A DNA stretch of 32,212 nt from Malassezia furfur (taxonomy: Eukaryota), in the NCBI GenBank assembly GCA_052055015.1, contig JBQJIT010000086.1, one strand, 5' to 3'. The position numbers and the translations under genes are program-made. Below the pieces are notes generated by a model. The model made no database searches. It saw nothing but the letters and a program-made list of their open reading frames with translations, and was not told the origin of the DNA. This document shows positions 1 to 17,836 of the stretch, one piece after another; the first letter of the stretch is position 1; each line of letters opens with the position of its first letter.

Positions 1-55
1 CCTAATCTATTAACATAAGAGAACAGACGAATACCTCTTCCCTTTTTGTCTTTTA
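1..55. repeat. Left copy of exact 55-bp terminal inverted repeat
   Basis: 1-55 (cctaatctat...tgtctttta) is the exact reverse complement of 32158-32212; identity stops at base 56. Confidence 0.97.
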
Positions 56-118
56 GTTTTATTTAAATAATAATTGTAATCTATGAAATTATTAGAGATG
101 GATTTAATTAAAGATATT

Positions 119-146
119 GGATAAGGGATACGGGATACGGGATACA
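119..146 (+). repeat. GGGATAC x3 tandem repeat preceded by GG
   Basis: ggataagggatacgggatacgggataca. Confidence 0.8.
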
Positions 147-291
147 GATTTATGAGTATTATAATATATTAAGTGTATGAATATATTGAGTGTAGGGTTT
201 AGATGATATGATTAATTAATAGAAAGAAAAGATATGGTTGTAGAGGTTGAAGATATATTTGTAGAGGATATATTTGTAGAAGGGGAAAATA

Positions 292-2298
292 TTAAACTAC
301 GAAGATAGTAGTTAGGATAAATAGTAGAATTAGTCGAATATCCATTAGTGAGTAAATCATATTGAACATACTTTGTGTATCAGAAGTGTTAAATACAGCA
401 ACGATTGGAACAATAAGTAGGATAATTAGGATAACAAGAGAAAGAGCAAAGTAAACAGCATATGATGGAAGAGTATAATCATCAAGTTTACCAATTTGTT
501 TACTTGTAGATGATAGACCAGATGTTAGTCCGTATCCGAAGATTTGTTCAATAAGACCACGATCAAGTTGTTTAGATACAACATAACCAAGACCAAGAGC
601 ACCAGGGATAAGATAAGTGTTATAAAGAACTTCAATGTAGTATTTACCATTAAAGAATTTATAAAGATTATATCCAAGGTTAGTATCAGCAAATGATGTA
701 AGCATTTTAGGTGCATAATGGTATGCGAAGTAAGCACCAGTAGCAGATGCGAATGTAATGATTGAAGGAAGAAGTTTATAACCAGTAGGGATAACTTCAG
801 CTTCGATTAGAGAGATATGGTTAGGATGGATAAATAGAGAAGTACCAGCGAAATCAGTACCCATACCAACGAATAGATCTTTAGCAACGTATCCAAAGAA
901 GATAGCAAGAATTGCAAGAGTAGTCATTGGAATCATAGCAAAGATAGCAGCATCATGAGTAGATTCGTAGATTTTTTTAGGAGAGTTAGGGTAAGTTAGG
1001 AAAGTCATAGCTACAAGTCGGAAACTATAGAAAGCTGTAAGACCAGCAGAGATAGATCCGAACCAGTAAGCAATAGTTCCTTTGAATAGATATTGAGAGT
1101 AAGCTAGTTCAAGGATTAGATCTTTAGAATAGAATCCAGTCATGAATGGGATAGCCATTAGACTAAGAGATCCAATAAGAATAGCAGTATATGTGAATGG
1201 AAGGAATGCAAGAAGACCACCAAGTCGTCGTTGATCTTGTTGATCAAATGTAGCATGAAGAACAGCACCAGCTGAAAGGAATAGAAGAGCTTTAAAGAAA
1301 GCATGGTTAACAAGGTGGAATAGAGCAGTGTTATATTGAGATAGTCCACAAGCAAGGAAAAGATAACCCATTTGTGAACATGTAGAGTAAGCAATAACAC
1401 GTTTTAGATCATTTTGAAGTAGTCCTGTAGAAGCCGCAAAGAATGCAGTAATTGAACCAATCCAAGTAATAGCAATAAGAGCAGTAGGAGAGTATTCAAG
1501 AAGAGGACTAGATCGAAGAAGAACATAAACACCGGCAGATACAAGAGTAGCAGAGTGGATAAGTGAAGAAACAGGAGTAGGACCAGCCATAGCAGTAGGA
1601 AGCCATGTATTAAGTCCAATTTGAGCACTTTTACCCATACCACCCATAAGTAGAAGAATACCAATGATTGTAAGAGCACTTTCATTCATAATAGGAGCAA
1701 GTGAGAATACAGTAGTGAAATCAACATTACCGAATAGGAAGAACATAGCAAAGAATGAAACAGTAAGAGCCATATCACCAACACGGTTAACAATGAATGA
1801 TTGCATTGCTGATTTATTAGCTTCGATGATAGTAAACCAGAAGTTAATAAGTAGATATGAACATACAGCAATGAATTCCCATCCAAGGAATAGTACAAAG
1901 TAATTATCACCTGCAAGAAGAAGTACCATGAAGAATGTAAATAGACTTAGATATGAGAAGAATCGTTGATTATGAGGATCAGAGCTCATGTAATCAATAG
2001 AATAAAGATGTACAAGAGATGAAATAAGTAGTACTGTAGAGATAATAGAAATAGAAAGAGTATCGAAAGTAAATGACCAATCGATAGAAAGGATTTCAGA
2101 TTGAATCCAAGTACCAAGTTTGATAGTAACTGGAGAATGACATAGAACAACTTCATAGAATGCAACAATAGAAAGAGCAGCAGAGATAGCAAGACATGAA
2201 GTAGTAATAATGTGAGCACCAGTAACACCAAGTTTACGTCCAAGAAGACCAGCAGAAGCTGCACCAAGGAATGGAAGGAAAAGGAAAGTTAGATACAT
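292..2298 (-). CDS. nad5: NADH dehydrogenase subunit 5
   Basis: 668-aa ORF with motifs NRVGD, KSAQIGL..WLP.AMAGPTPVSSLIHSATLV, DLKRVIAYST, HAFFKALLF. Confidence 0.99.
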   Translation of the reverse strand: MYLTFLFLPFLGAASAGLLGRKLGVTGAHIITTSCLAISAALSIVAFYEVVLCHSPVTIKLGTWIQSEILSIDWSFTFDTLSISIISTVLLISSLVHLYSIDYMSSDPHNQRFFSYLSLFTFFMVLLLAGDNYFVLFLGWEFIAVCSYLLINFWFTIIEANKSAMQSFIVNRVGDMALTVSFFAMFFLFGNVDFTTVFSLAPIMNESALTIIGILLLMGGMGKSAQIGLNTWLPTAMAGPTPVSSLIHSATLVSAGVYVLLRSSPLLEYSPTALIAITWIGSITAFFAASTGLLQNDLKRVIAYSTCSQMGYLFLACGLSQYNTALFHLVNHAFFKALLFLSAGAVLHATFDQQDQRRLGGLLAFLPFTYTAILIGSLSLMAIPFMTGFYSKDLILELAYSQYLFKGTIAYWFGSISAGLTAFYSFRLVAMTFLTYPNSPKKIYESTHDAAIFAMIPMTTLAILAIFFGYVAKDLFVGMGTDFAGTSLFIHPNHISLIEAEVIPTGYKLLPSIITFASATGAYFAYHYAPKMLTSFADTNLGYNLYKFFNGKYYIEVLYNTYLIPGALGLGYVVSKQLDRGLIEQIFGYGLTSGLSSTSKQIGKLDDYTLPSYAVYFALSLVILIILLIVPIVAVFNTSDTQSMFNMIYSLMDIRLILLFILTTIFVV

Positions 2299-2358
2299 AG
2301 TATTTATATTAATTTACTCAATTTAATAAATAATCTATCCTAAAATAGATTAAATAAA

Positions 2359-2643
2359 TTAAGATTGAGGATTAGGATTATCAGATAGAGAGATAGATCC
2401 ACGTAGTCGGTAGTAAGCTACAAGAATACCAAGTCCAATAGCAGACTCAGCAGCAGCAAGAAGAATAATATAAATAGCATAAGTTTGTCCTAGAACATCA
2501 TCAAAGTTAGATGAAGAAACAAGTACAAGAATAGTAATAGAAAGTAGCATGATTTCAATAGAGAAAATCATAACTAGAATGTTTTTACGATTAAGTACAA
2601 AACCTAGGATACCAATAATGAATAGTGTAATACTAAGATTCAT
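2359..2643 (-). CDS. nad4L: NADH dehydrogenase subunit 4L
   Basis: 94 aa, GILGFVLNRKN, AAAESAIGLGILVAYYRLRG; directly upstream of nad5. Confidence 0.98.
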   Translation of the reverse strand: MNLSITLFIIGILGFVLNRKNILVMIFSIEIMLLSITILVLVSSSNFDDVLGQTYAIYIILLAAAESAIGLGILVAYYRLRGSISLSDNPNPQS

Positions 2644-2757
2644 AATATAGTTAGTAAAATAAATGGATGGCCAATGAAATAGAATAATATTATATTATTA
2701 ATAATATTCTATTAATAAGAATAAATAAGAAAAATCAATATATAAATCAATAATTAT

Positions 2758-2830
2758 CGAGAACTACCCGAGTCGAACGGGCATAAACCAAACTGACAAT
2801 TTGGTGCATTAACCATTATGCTAAGATCCC
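2758..2830 (-). tRNA. trnD: tRNA-Asp(GTC)
   Basis: Cloverleaf; anticodon arm CCAAA-TTGTCAG-TTTGG; T-loop GTTCGAC. Confidence 0.93.
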
Positions 2831-3032
2831 ATATGAATAATGAATAATGAATATAGAATATTGTAATTCTAATTAGCCTATATCATGGGTTAACTAAATA
2901 ATAAATAAATAGATAGTTTGTTAATGTGTAAGGGGAATATAGCGATGAGCTATATAAAGATTAATTAAGATTAACCAGAGCTATTCTTTAACTAAATATT
3001 TCATAATAAGTTATGAAATAATGAATATGAAA

Positions 3033-3182
3033 TTATTGAACTTTAGTAATGTATAGTCGAGATAGGTTAACTTCAAGAAATGCAGGAAGGATATATCGAC
3101 TAAATAGGAATACTAGAAGGAATAGAGCGAATAGAGTGAAAGAAAGTTGGTTAATAAAGTAGAATGGAATAAGTTGAGGCAT
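3033..3182 (-). CDS. atp8: ATP synthase subunit 8 (49 aa; not in the ORF track)
   Basis: Hand translation [49 protein letters not shown]; canonical MPQL start. Confidence 0.97.
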   Translation of the reverse strand: MPQLIPFYFINQLSFTLFALFLLVFLFSRYILPAFLEVNLSRLYITKVQ

Positions 3183-3294
3183 AATATTAGAATAATAGAA
3201 TAAAGATATCTATTAAATAGATTGTGATAATCATCAATAATGAATAATTAATTGATGGTTAACAAGAGAAATAGAAAGGGGAAAAGTATAAAGA

Positions 3295-10006
<6,712 letters not shown>

Positions 10007-10098
10007 TCAATGATACATATATACGCTATTACATATAAATTATGTATTAGTATATACTTAAATAATTGAAATAAATAAATTAAATAAAATGAAAATAA

Positions 10099-10180
10099 TG
10101 GACAAAAGGAGATTCGAACTCCTAAGAGAAAAACTCAGACAATTAGCAATCGCCTACACCTCGCCAATAGCAGTTTGTCC
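10099..10180 (-). tRNA. trnS: tRNA-Ser(GCT)
   Basis: Anticodon arm GGCGA-TTGCTAA-TTGTC, long variable arm. Confidence 0.92.
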
Positions 10181-10347
10181 ATGATAATAAGTAAATAATT
10201 ATATTACTGAGTTGAGTAGTAGTAAATTAAATACTAGTGATAATATATTATAAATATGTGGTGAATAAATAAAGTATTTTAGAGTTTAATATCAAACACT
10301 TATATTGGGAAGATAATAGGTGAAAGAACAGGCAAATGTATAATAAT

Positions 10348-10425
10348 AAAACTCTTCTTATATTCTTTATTCAATTGAAAAAAGAAAGAGAATTACAGAA
10401 TTAGAAATTCTGTAAAAATAAAATT
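10348..10425 (+). repeat. 78-bp double-hairpin element, copy 1
   Basis: 77/78 identical to 11753-11830; contains TTACAGAATT-aga-AATTCTGTAA. Confidence 0.9.
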
Positions 10426-10557
10426 CTCTAGGGCAGAAAAGGGGATGATCATTTATTAAAATAACAAATATGTTGTTATGTTATTATATTGTTATCCTAG
10501 TCAAATGATATCCATTGATTGATTTATTTATTTTAACTTAAACTATTCTAATTTAAA

Positions 10558-11319
10558 TTAGTGTAGATCAATTGAATCTTTAATATATGATGCTGTTAGA
10601 ATACAGAATACATATGCTTGAATAAATGATACTGCAACCTCTAGAGCAACAATAGCAACAAATAGTGCAAATGGAATTAGAGTTACAAAGCTAACTAGAA
10701 TACTTGAAGTGAATAGAGTGAATAGGAATCCACCAAGGATTTTCATTAGTGAGTGTCCAGCTGCAAGGTTAGCCAGTAGCCGTACACCAAGTGATAGAGC
10801 ACGAGCAAGGTATGAAATAAGTTCAATTGGAGCTAGGATTGGTACTAGAGCAATTGGAGTACCTGCAGGTAGGAAGAATGAGAAGAAGTGTAGTTTGTGG
10901 ATGCTTAGTCCAAGGATAGTTACACCAATAAAGATAATAACACTTAGACCAAGTGAAACTACAAGAGAACTACCAACAGTAAATCCATATGGAACATTAC
11001 CTACTAGGTTAGAGAATAGTAGGAAGAAGAATAGTGAATAAATGAATGGTAGGTATCCTTCGTTTGAACCAAGTTGACCTTTAACTAGACCATGAAGTGA
11101 TGAGAAGAATACTTCTAGTGAAAGACTCCATCGGCTAGGAATAAGTTTATGGTTATTAAAAGCGAAGTAGTGGTATGAAATAATAAGGAATACAGCAATA
11201 AGAGCATATAGTCCAAGATTAGTAAGTGAGAAGTGGAATTGTCCGAAGATAGGCAGATCAAGAGAGATAAGACTATTAACTTCGAATTGCTCAAGAGGAG
11301 AATGAATAAAGTAAGTCAT
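10558..11319 (-). CDS. atp6: ATP synthase subunit 6
   Basis: SPLEQFEV, IELISYLARALSLGVRLLANL.AGH, LEVAVSFIQAYVF. Confidence 0.99.
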   Translation of the reverse strand: MTYFIHSPLEQFEVNSLISLDLPIFGQFHFSLTNLGLYALIAVFLIISYHYFAFNNHKLIPSRWSLSLEVFFSSLHGLVKGQLGSNEGYLPFIYSLFFFLLFSNLVGNVPYGFTVGSSLVVSLGLSVIIFIGVTILGLSIHKLHFFSFFLPAGTPIALVPILAPIELISYLARALSLGVRLLANLAAGHSLMKILGGFLFTLFTSSILVSFVTLIPFALFVAIVALEVAVSFIQAYVFCILTASYIKDSIDLH

Positions 11320-11752
11320 AATGATAACTATTGATAAAATAGAGTAATTAATCTAATCCTAAAAATTCAATATATACTCATTAATTAAATTCGCATTAAA
11401 TATAATGAAATCTATAACTTAAATAATTAGAATTATTATAACCAAAACTAAATTATCATGTATTAACCAGAAGAAATTGATGATATTATTAATAAAGAAT
11501 TTCTTATGAATTAATACGGCAAGATCAGTTTGATAGATAATTATTTTATGCTAATGATAATAGATGATTAGTCTGTATCATTAGAAAATAATTAATGTTG
11601 AATGTACAAAAGATTATGTACACAACAGGAATAAAGAATAATTCTAATAAGGATTACTTGAATTACTTATAAAAGGTTAAATAATAAGTTTATAAATGGA
11701 TTAGGTAAGATAAGATAAGATAAAGTAAAGAGTTAGAGAAAGCAAAGGTTAA

Positions 11753-11830
11753 AAAACTCTTCTTATATTCTTTTTTCAATTGAAAAAAGAAAGAGAATTA
11801 CAGAATTAGAAATTCTGTAAAAATAAAATT
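11753..11830 (+). repeat. 78-bp double-hairpin element, copy 2
   Basis: Perfect 24-bp palindrome TTCTTTTTTCAATTGAAAAAAGAA followed by a 10-bp stem-loop. Confidence 0.9.
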
Positions 11831-12020
11831 GTCTGGGCTAATGGAATTTTAAACCCTACTGTTTTATCCTTTTGTTATTGTTTCTACAATCATTATCATT
11901 ATCCTGAGTTTAATATTATTCGTAGAATTTAAATTAATTTTATTTAATAAAATAGTAGTAGTATAACTAAATTATTAGAATCAATATCATCTTAATAATA
12001 GAAAATTATTAATCCAATTA

Positions 12021-12094
12021 AGAGAACAGTGAGACTCGAACTCACGACCAAAAAATTAAAAGTTTTTCACTCTAACCAGCTGAGTTATGTTCTC
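12021..12094 (-). tRNA. trnK: tRNA-Lys(TTT)
   Basis: Anticodon arm AAAAA-CTTTTAA-TTTTT; acceptor GAGAACA/TGTTCTC. Confidence 0.92.
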
Positions 12095-12134
12095 CTTTTC
12101 AATGGGTTATTTTCATTTTGATTTTATTTTTAAA

Positions 12135-13510
12135 AGGGGATTTAATTGTATATTATCAATCAGCCACAAGTTCCCTTACGGCTACCTTGCTATAACTTCA
12201 CCTCAGTTCCATTTATTATGTCCTAAGTAGGTTACTACTTAGTTCCATTTCTAAACATAACCGAGATGTGATAGACAGTTAGTATCTCCTTAATAGAATG
12301 GTTCACCGTTCCGTACTGATAAACGATTACTCGGTATTCCTGATTCATGTAGACGAGTTTCAGTCTACAATCCTTATTAGATCTTATTTAATAGATTTGC
12401 TAAATCTTATGATTTTGCATCTTATTGTAAGATTCAAGTAGCACGTCTGTAGCCCATACTCCATAAGGGTCATGAGGGCTTATCGTATTCCATTTTGATC
12501 CTTCTTATCGAAGAGATAGTATATAGAAGATAATATATACTATGGATTGCGTTCGTTGGCGGACTCAACCTAACATCTTACGACACGAACTGCCGACAGC
12601 CATGCAACACCTGTGAAATGAATAGAAAGACAGAATCAATCTATTCAAAACATACAAGGAGAGGTAAGGTTCTACGCGTATTGTCGTATTAAACAACATG
12701 CTCCACACCGGTTCTTAAGGATGGTCTAATCTTTTTGCTTTCAGTCTTGAGACATTACTAACAAGGTGTTACACATACAGCCTTTTGCTTTTTCTCTGAT
12801 TATAAATAGTATTTATATACCTAACCAAAGAATTAGTGTAAATAGTTTACGGTTTGGACTACTCAGGTAGCTAATCTGGTTCGCTATCCAAACTTTCATC
12901 TCTCAGCGTCAATTCTTACTTGGAAAATTGCTTTCGCCATTAGTATTCCACTAGATCTCAACGGATATCATCCCTACTTCTAGCATTCTATTTTCCTCTA
13001 TAGAATTCAAGTTGTTCATTATATATAACAACAGCCTACAGATCCTTAAAACCTATTAATTTATTCAACTTTTGCCCAGTTCGTATAACCGCGTCTGCTG
13101 GCACGAGACTTAGATTGGACTATTAGTAAGGTAACGTCATCATCCTCCCTTACGACACCCTTAGCTATTGCTAGCTTCACAGGGTTATGGTTAGCTGGGT
13201 CATTCTTGCGAACATTGCCCAAGATTCTCCTCTGCAGCAGTCAGAAAACTGACCGATCGGTCTATTAAAACCAATTGCGGAAATAGAAGCTTTCGCTCTT
13301 TTCTATCTGTCAACGGCTTGTTGCGCCTTTACCACAACAACTACCTACAGAATAAAGAATGAATCTAATATAAATTAGGTATCTATTCTTTATATTCCTC
13401 GCCTGCACGCCCTATTATTCATGTAGAAAACTACAAAAATAGATAGAACTCGCATGAGTAAAACTACCATAAAAAGTTAGAACACTGCTAAGATTAAACA
13501 GTTACAAAAA
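12135..13510 (-). rRNA. rns: Mitochondrial small-subunit rRNA (ends approximate)
   Basis: Reverse strand has GTGCCAGCAGACGCGG, CATGGCTGTCGGCAGTTCGTGTCGTAAGATGTTAGGTTGAGTCC and AAGTTATAGCAAGGTAGCCGTAAGGGAAC. Confidence 0.95.
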
Positions 13511-13619
13511 TTGTACAAATAATAATCTATTTGTATTTATGATCTACTACCTATTAGATATATAAAAATATTATCTAATATTGTTCATTTGATCAGTCAT
13601 ATCATTAATTATTCCTTTA

Positions 13620-13649
13620 TAATCCTAATCCTAATCCTAATCCTAATCC
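13620..13649. repeat. (TAATCC)5 hexamer tandem repeat
   Basis: taatcctaatcctaatcctaatcctaatcc in the divergent rns/trnV spacer. Confidence 0.9.
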
Positions 13650-13801
13650 ATTTAAATAATAAAATTAATAAATCTTAATGAAATTACTATAGAAACAGTA
13701 ATATAAGAATATTATATTACATATAATACATAATAATTAATATACTTTACTATAGTAAATATAGTGAATGTAATTATTATTAATATAATGAATATATATA
13801 A

Positions 13802-13872
13802 AAGAATTTAGCTGAGTGGTTTAGCGTCGATCTTACACATCGAATACAGAGGTTCGATTCCTCTAATTCTTA
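13802..13872 (+). tRNA. trnV: tRNA-Val(TAC)
   Basis: Anticodon arm TCGAT-CTTACAC-ATCGA. Confidence 0.93.
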
Positions 13873-14166
13873 TTAATTTCTATTTTATCTCTAATATCTG
13901 TAAAGATATTTAAAGATTTAATTCACAGAATATAATGAATTCTTTCTAAATTGTCTTAGAGGCTAATGCCCGAGTAGAATAAGATATTCTAATTTCTTCA
14001 ATAAGATTTGCTAATTTATTAAGTTAGTAAATAAATATTTCTATTTATGATTTATTGATGTAGAATATCCTTGATGAATTGAAAGATCAAGATGAATAAT
14101 TAAGATCAAATCAATTTATTGATTAAACTATATTTACTACTTAGAAGACTATAAATTATTTTATTA

Positions 14167-14967
14167 ATGCAATCACTATTTGCTAATCTTTTTGTTGTAT
14201 TCTTTGGTATTTTTGCAACAATGATGCCTGGTGTTGTTTATAACGATGCACCTCAACCATGGCAAGTAGGATTCCAGGATGGTGCTTCACCTATTAACGA
14301 GGGTATTGCTGAGCTATTCCATTCTGTATTCTTCTATCTTATTGTTATTGTGGTTGGTGTATTCTGGGCAATTTATTCAGTTGTTAAAAATTTCCACCAA
14401 AGTCGATCACCTATTATTCACCACTTTAGTCATGGTACAGTTATTGAACTTGTATGGACAATTTCACCAGCTCTACTACTGGTTGCTATTGCTTTCCCAA
14501 GTTTCAAACTACTTTACCTAACTGATGAGGTATTTACACCATCAATGACTGTTAAAGCAGCAGGACATCAATGGTATTGGTCATATGAATACTCAGATTT
14601 CCTAAATGAAGATGGAGAATCAATTGAATTTGATTCATACATGGTACCTGAGTCAGACCTAGAAGATGGTCAATTCCGACTACTTGATGTTGATAACAAC
14701 GTAGTAGTTCCAGTTGATACTAACATCCGATTTATCGTTACTGGTCAAGATGTAATCCATTCATTTGCAGTACCTTCACTAGGTATTAAAGTTGATGGTA
14801 TCCCAGGACGACTAAACCAAGTATCTACAATCGTAGAACGAGAAGGTCTATTCTATGGACAATGTTCAGAACTATGTGGTGTACTACATGGATTTATGCC
14901 AATCTGTATCGAAGCAGTTAGTCCTGAGAAATACCTAGAGTGGATGGATCAAATGGCTGATGAATAA
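14167..14967 (+). CDS. cox2: Cytochrome c oxidase subunit 2
   Basis: GHQWYWSYEY, DVIHSFAVPSLG, CuA motif GQCSELCGVLHGFMPI. Confidence 0.99.
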   Translation: MQSLFANLFVVFFGIFATMMPGVVYNDAPQPWQVGFQDGASPINEGIAELFHSVFFYLIVIVVGVFWAIYSVVKNFHQSRSPIIHHFSHGTVIELVWTISPALLLVAIAFPSFKLLYLTDEVFTPSMTVKAAGHQWYWSYEYSDFLNEDGESIEFDSYMVPESDLEDGQFRLLDVDNNVVVPVDTNIRFIVTGQDVIHSFAVPSLGIKVDGIPGRLNQVSTIVEREGLFYGQCSELCGVLHGFMPICIEAVSPEKYLEWMDQMADE

Positions 14968-15141
14968 TTAGTTATTATTCCCCTTATTTATTCTTCTCTG
15001 TATAATTGAATTGTATAATCAAATCGTATACTAAATATTTCTAATACAAACATTAACACTATTTATTAAGTAAATATTATTCATTATTAAGATTTTTGAT
15101 CTTTTAATTGCAATAATTTCTATTATTTTATTTTCTTCTTT

Positions 15142-16176
15142 ATGACAAATCTATTTAATCTTAAAGGGTTTGATGTATCAGTTACACAAGGACCAATTGT
15201 ATCTATTATTCTTATTCTAATTGTTCTAGTACCGGTACTACTATCGGTAGCATTCATGACAATTCTTGAGCGTAAAGTAATGGGTCAAATGCAACGACGT
15301 ATTGGTCCAAATGTAGTTGGATATTATGGAGTACTGCAACCATTTGCTGATGCTCTAAAACTAGTTGTTAAAGAGCAAGTAATTCCAGCACAATCAAATA
15401 AAGCACTATTCTTCCTAGCACCAATGATTTCACTAGTATTTAGTCTACTATCATGGGCTGTTATTCCATTTGGTCCTGGTATGGCTATTAGTGATCTATC
15501 ACTAGGTATTCTTTATTCACTAGCTATGTCTTCAATCGGTGTTTATGGTGCTCTATTCGCTGGTTGGGCTGCTAACTCTAAATATGCATTCCTTGGATCA
15601 CTACGTACTACTGCACAAATGGTTAGTTATGAACTAATCTACTCAACTTGTGTATTTACAGTTATCCTAATGGCTGGTTCTCTAAACCTAACAACAATCG
15701 TAGAATCACAATCAGGAATCTGGTACATTGTACCTCTATGTTCTATCTTTATTCTTTATCTAATTTCTGCAACAGCTGAACTTAATCGTACACCATTCGA
15801 TCTACCGGAAGCTGAATCAGAACTAGTAAGTGGATTTATGACTGAGCATTCAGGGATGATCTTTGTATTCTTCTTCCTAGCTGAATACTGTGGTGTTGTA
15901 CTAATGTCAACATTCTCAACAATTCTATTCCTAGGTGGATATGGATTCCCAGAAGTATTCGTAAATGATACATTTATTAATCTACAAAGTATTATTCTAT
16001 CACTGAAAGCACTACTATTTATGTTCTTCTTTGTATGGGTACGTGCTACATTTGTACGACAACGATATGATGGTCTAATGATTTTCTGTTGGACACAACT
16101 ACTACCAATGGCAATTGCACTACTAGTGCTAGTTCCAAGTGTACTAGTAGCATTTGATATCCCAGCAGTAAATTAA
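15142..16176 (+). CDS. nad1: NADH dehydrogenase subunit 1
   Basis: ERKVMGQMQRRIGPN, QPFADALKL, NRTPFDLPEAESELVSG. Confidence 0.99.
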   Translation: MTNLFNLKGFDVSVTQGPIVSIILILIVLVPVLLSVAFMTILERKVMGQMQRRIGPNVVGYYGVLQPFADALKLVVKEQVIPAQSNKALFFLAPMISLVFSLLSWAVIPFGPGMAISDLSLGILYSLAMSSIGVYGALFAGWAANSKYAFLGSLRTTAQMVSYELIYSTCVFTVILMAGSLNLTTIVESQSGIWYIVPLCSIFILYLISATAELNRTPFDLPEAESELVSGFMTEHSGMIFVFFFLAEYCGVVLMSTFSTILFLGGYGFPEVFVNDTFINLQSIILSLKALLFMFFFVWVRATFVRQRYDGLMIFCWTQLLPMAIALLVLVPSVLVAFDIPAVN

Positions 16177-16462
16177 TAATGATCCCCTTTGATAATAGAT
16201 TGAAATTAGAATTGAAATTTGAATTCTAGATTCTATTTGTAGAATATTGTATTGTAGTATAGTGTATTGTATTGTATTCTATTAAATTCAGATCTAGAGC
16301 AAGTTTTAGAGAAAAAGCAAAATTGGAAAATACCTATAAATAAACTGAGTTATTTCTCTTATTCTTTTCCTTTTCTTATTTTACTTTTAACCTAACCTAT
16401 CCTCTTGATTCAATCCAACCTTTTAATAATATATTTTTTATTAAATTAAATCAAATAAAAAC

Positions 16463-16535
16463 CTAGGATGGACTGATTCGAACAGTCGCCCTGTCCCACC
16501 AAAAGGGACCGTCATGCCAGCTAGACCACATCCTA
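16463..16535 (-). tRNA. trnQ: tRNA-Gln(TTG)
   Basis: Anticodon arm GTCCC-TTTTGGT-GGGAC. Confidence 0.92.
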
Positions 16536-16537
16536 TG

Positions 16538-16607
16538 GAATAAATAATAGAATAAATAATAGAATAAATAATAGAATAAATAATGGAATAAAGAATGGAA
16601 TAAAGAA
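16538..16607. repeat. 12-bp tandem repeat (GAATAAATAATA-like, about 6 degenerate units)
   Basis: gaataaataata x3 followed by gaataaataatg and gaataaagaatg variants. Confidence 0.8.
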
Positions 16608-16650
16608 AATGTAGAAATATATTTATATATTTAAAATAAATAAATTATAT

Positions 16651-16721
16651 TGCCGACTACTAGAATCGAACTAGTGACAAGTAATTACAAGTTACCTATT
16701 TTACCACTAAACTAAATCGAC
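16651..16721 (-). tRNA. trnT: tRNA-Thr(TGT)
   Basis: Anticodon arm GGTAA-CTTGTAA-TTACT. Confidence 0.92.
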
Positions 16722-16784
16722 ATTCTATAATTATTATTATTAGATTCATTTAAGATCATAATTTTAAAATGATGGATGGTATTA

Positions 16785-16856
16785 TGATCTTTAGGCGACT
16801 CGAACGCCCACTCACTCAGATGAAGACCGAGGGTTTTACCATTAAACTAAAAGACC
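16785..16856 (-). tRNA. trnE: tRNA-Glu(TTC)
   Basis: Anticodon arm CTCGG-TCTTCAT-CTGAG. Confidence 0.9.
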
Positions 16857-16881
16857 TATATCAATAATAAATATATAAAAA

Positions 16882-16954
16882 GAGTACATTCCAGGAATCG
16901 AACCTGGTCCATCGGGTTATGAGCCTGATATGCGGACCTTTACACCAAAGTACT
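16882..16954 (-). tRNA. trnM: tRNA-Met(CAT) (initiator, elongator or Ile identity not resolved)
   Basis: Anticodon loop CTCATAA; T arm CCAGG-TTCGATT-CCTGG. Confidence 0.85.
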
Positions 16955-17056
16955 TTCATGACTTTTCTATTGAAATTCTTTATAATCTTTTGTTTTTAGT
17001 AATCTATTAAAGAATATTGGATTAAATCAAATTAGATAAAGATAATTAGATTAAAG

Positions 17057-17129
17057 AGGTGTTAGAAAGATTCGAACTTTCGTAAAAATGCATTAACAGT
17101 ACACCGCATGACCTCTATGCTATAACACC
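17057..17129 (-). tRNA. trnN: tRNA-Asn(GTT)
   Basis: Anticodon arm GTGTA-CTGTTAA-TGCAT. Confidence 0.92.
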
Positions 17130-17174
17130 ATAATAGTAATAATTATTAATAAAGAGTAAGGATGAATTTGGCAA

Positions 17175-17246
17175 TCAAATAGTGGAGATTCGAACTCCGA
17201 ATTCCCTTTCCCAAAAAGGGCGCCCAGCCATTAGGCCATCTATCTG
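17175..17246 (-). tRNA. trnP: tRNA-Pro(TGG)
   Basis: Anticodon arm CCCTT-TTTGGGA-AAGGG. Confidence 0.92.
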
Positions 17247-17836
17247 TTTAATAAAATAATATTTCATTTGATTTCTTGTTTGATTTGTAATAATTAGATA
17301 ATATAAATTACAGGGAAAGAATACAAGAAATAGTAGACATAGCAAAAAATATAGGATATTTTATTACCAATTCTTTTGGTAATTGTTGATTAGTTAATAA
17401 AATACTTAGCATAGTATTCTACTATAACCAATATATAACCTATGTGGTTTACAATATGGTACAATTAAGTTATTCAATTCATTAGTAGCATTAAACTTAC
17501 ATTCATGCCCTAGTTTAAGAAATAGTCTTTTTCTTATTTGGAAATATAAAGAATGTCCAAAGATCTGTTTCGCACTTGAGATGCTTTCAGTACTTCTCTT
17601 TTATAATTGTAGCTACTCTGCTGTGCCATATAAATTATACAACAACAGAGACACCATTGAATTATCCCTAATGGTCCTTTCGTACTAATTAGAGGTTCTT
17701 CTTTCATTCTTATTCCCTTCCGAGGATAGAATCTATACTGACTCACGTCGTATTAAACCCAACTCACGTACCTCTTTATTCAGCGAACAGCTGAACCCTT
17801 CCAAGCTACTACACCTGGAGGATGAGATGAGTCGAC

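Noticed and set aside
1..55. Linear plasmid or transposon-type terminal inverted repeat
   Set aside because: No protein-primed DNA polymerase, RNA polymerase or transposase ORF in the window; an assembly overlap into a larger repeat is simpler
525..2267. Leu-rich alternate-frame ORFs inside nad5 (also within nad2, nad4, nad6 and cox2)
   Set aside because: By-products of T-ending codon bias in the real frame; low-complexity translations
11320..12020. Long atp6-trnK spacer as possible host of rnpB or atp9
   Set aside because: No RNase P consensus (GGAAAGTC / ACANAANNNNGCTTA) and no atp9-like ORF seen by eye; a covariance-model search would be needed to exclude a divergent RNA
16538..16607. 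CRISPR-like array
   Set aside because: Contiguous 12-bp AT-rich tandem repeat with no unique spacers, in an organellar genome
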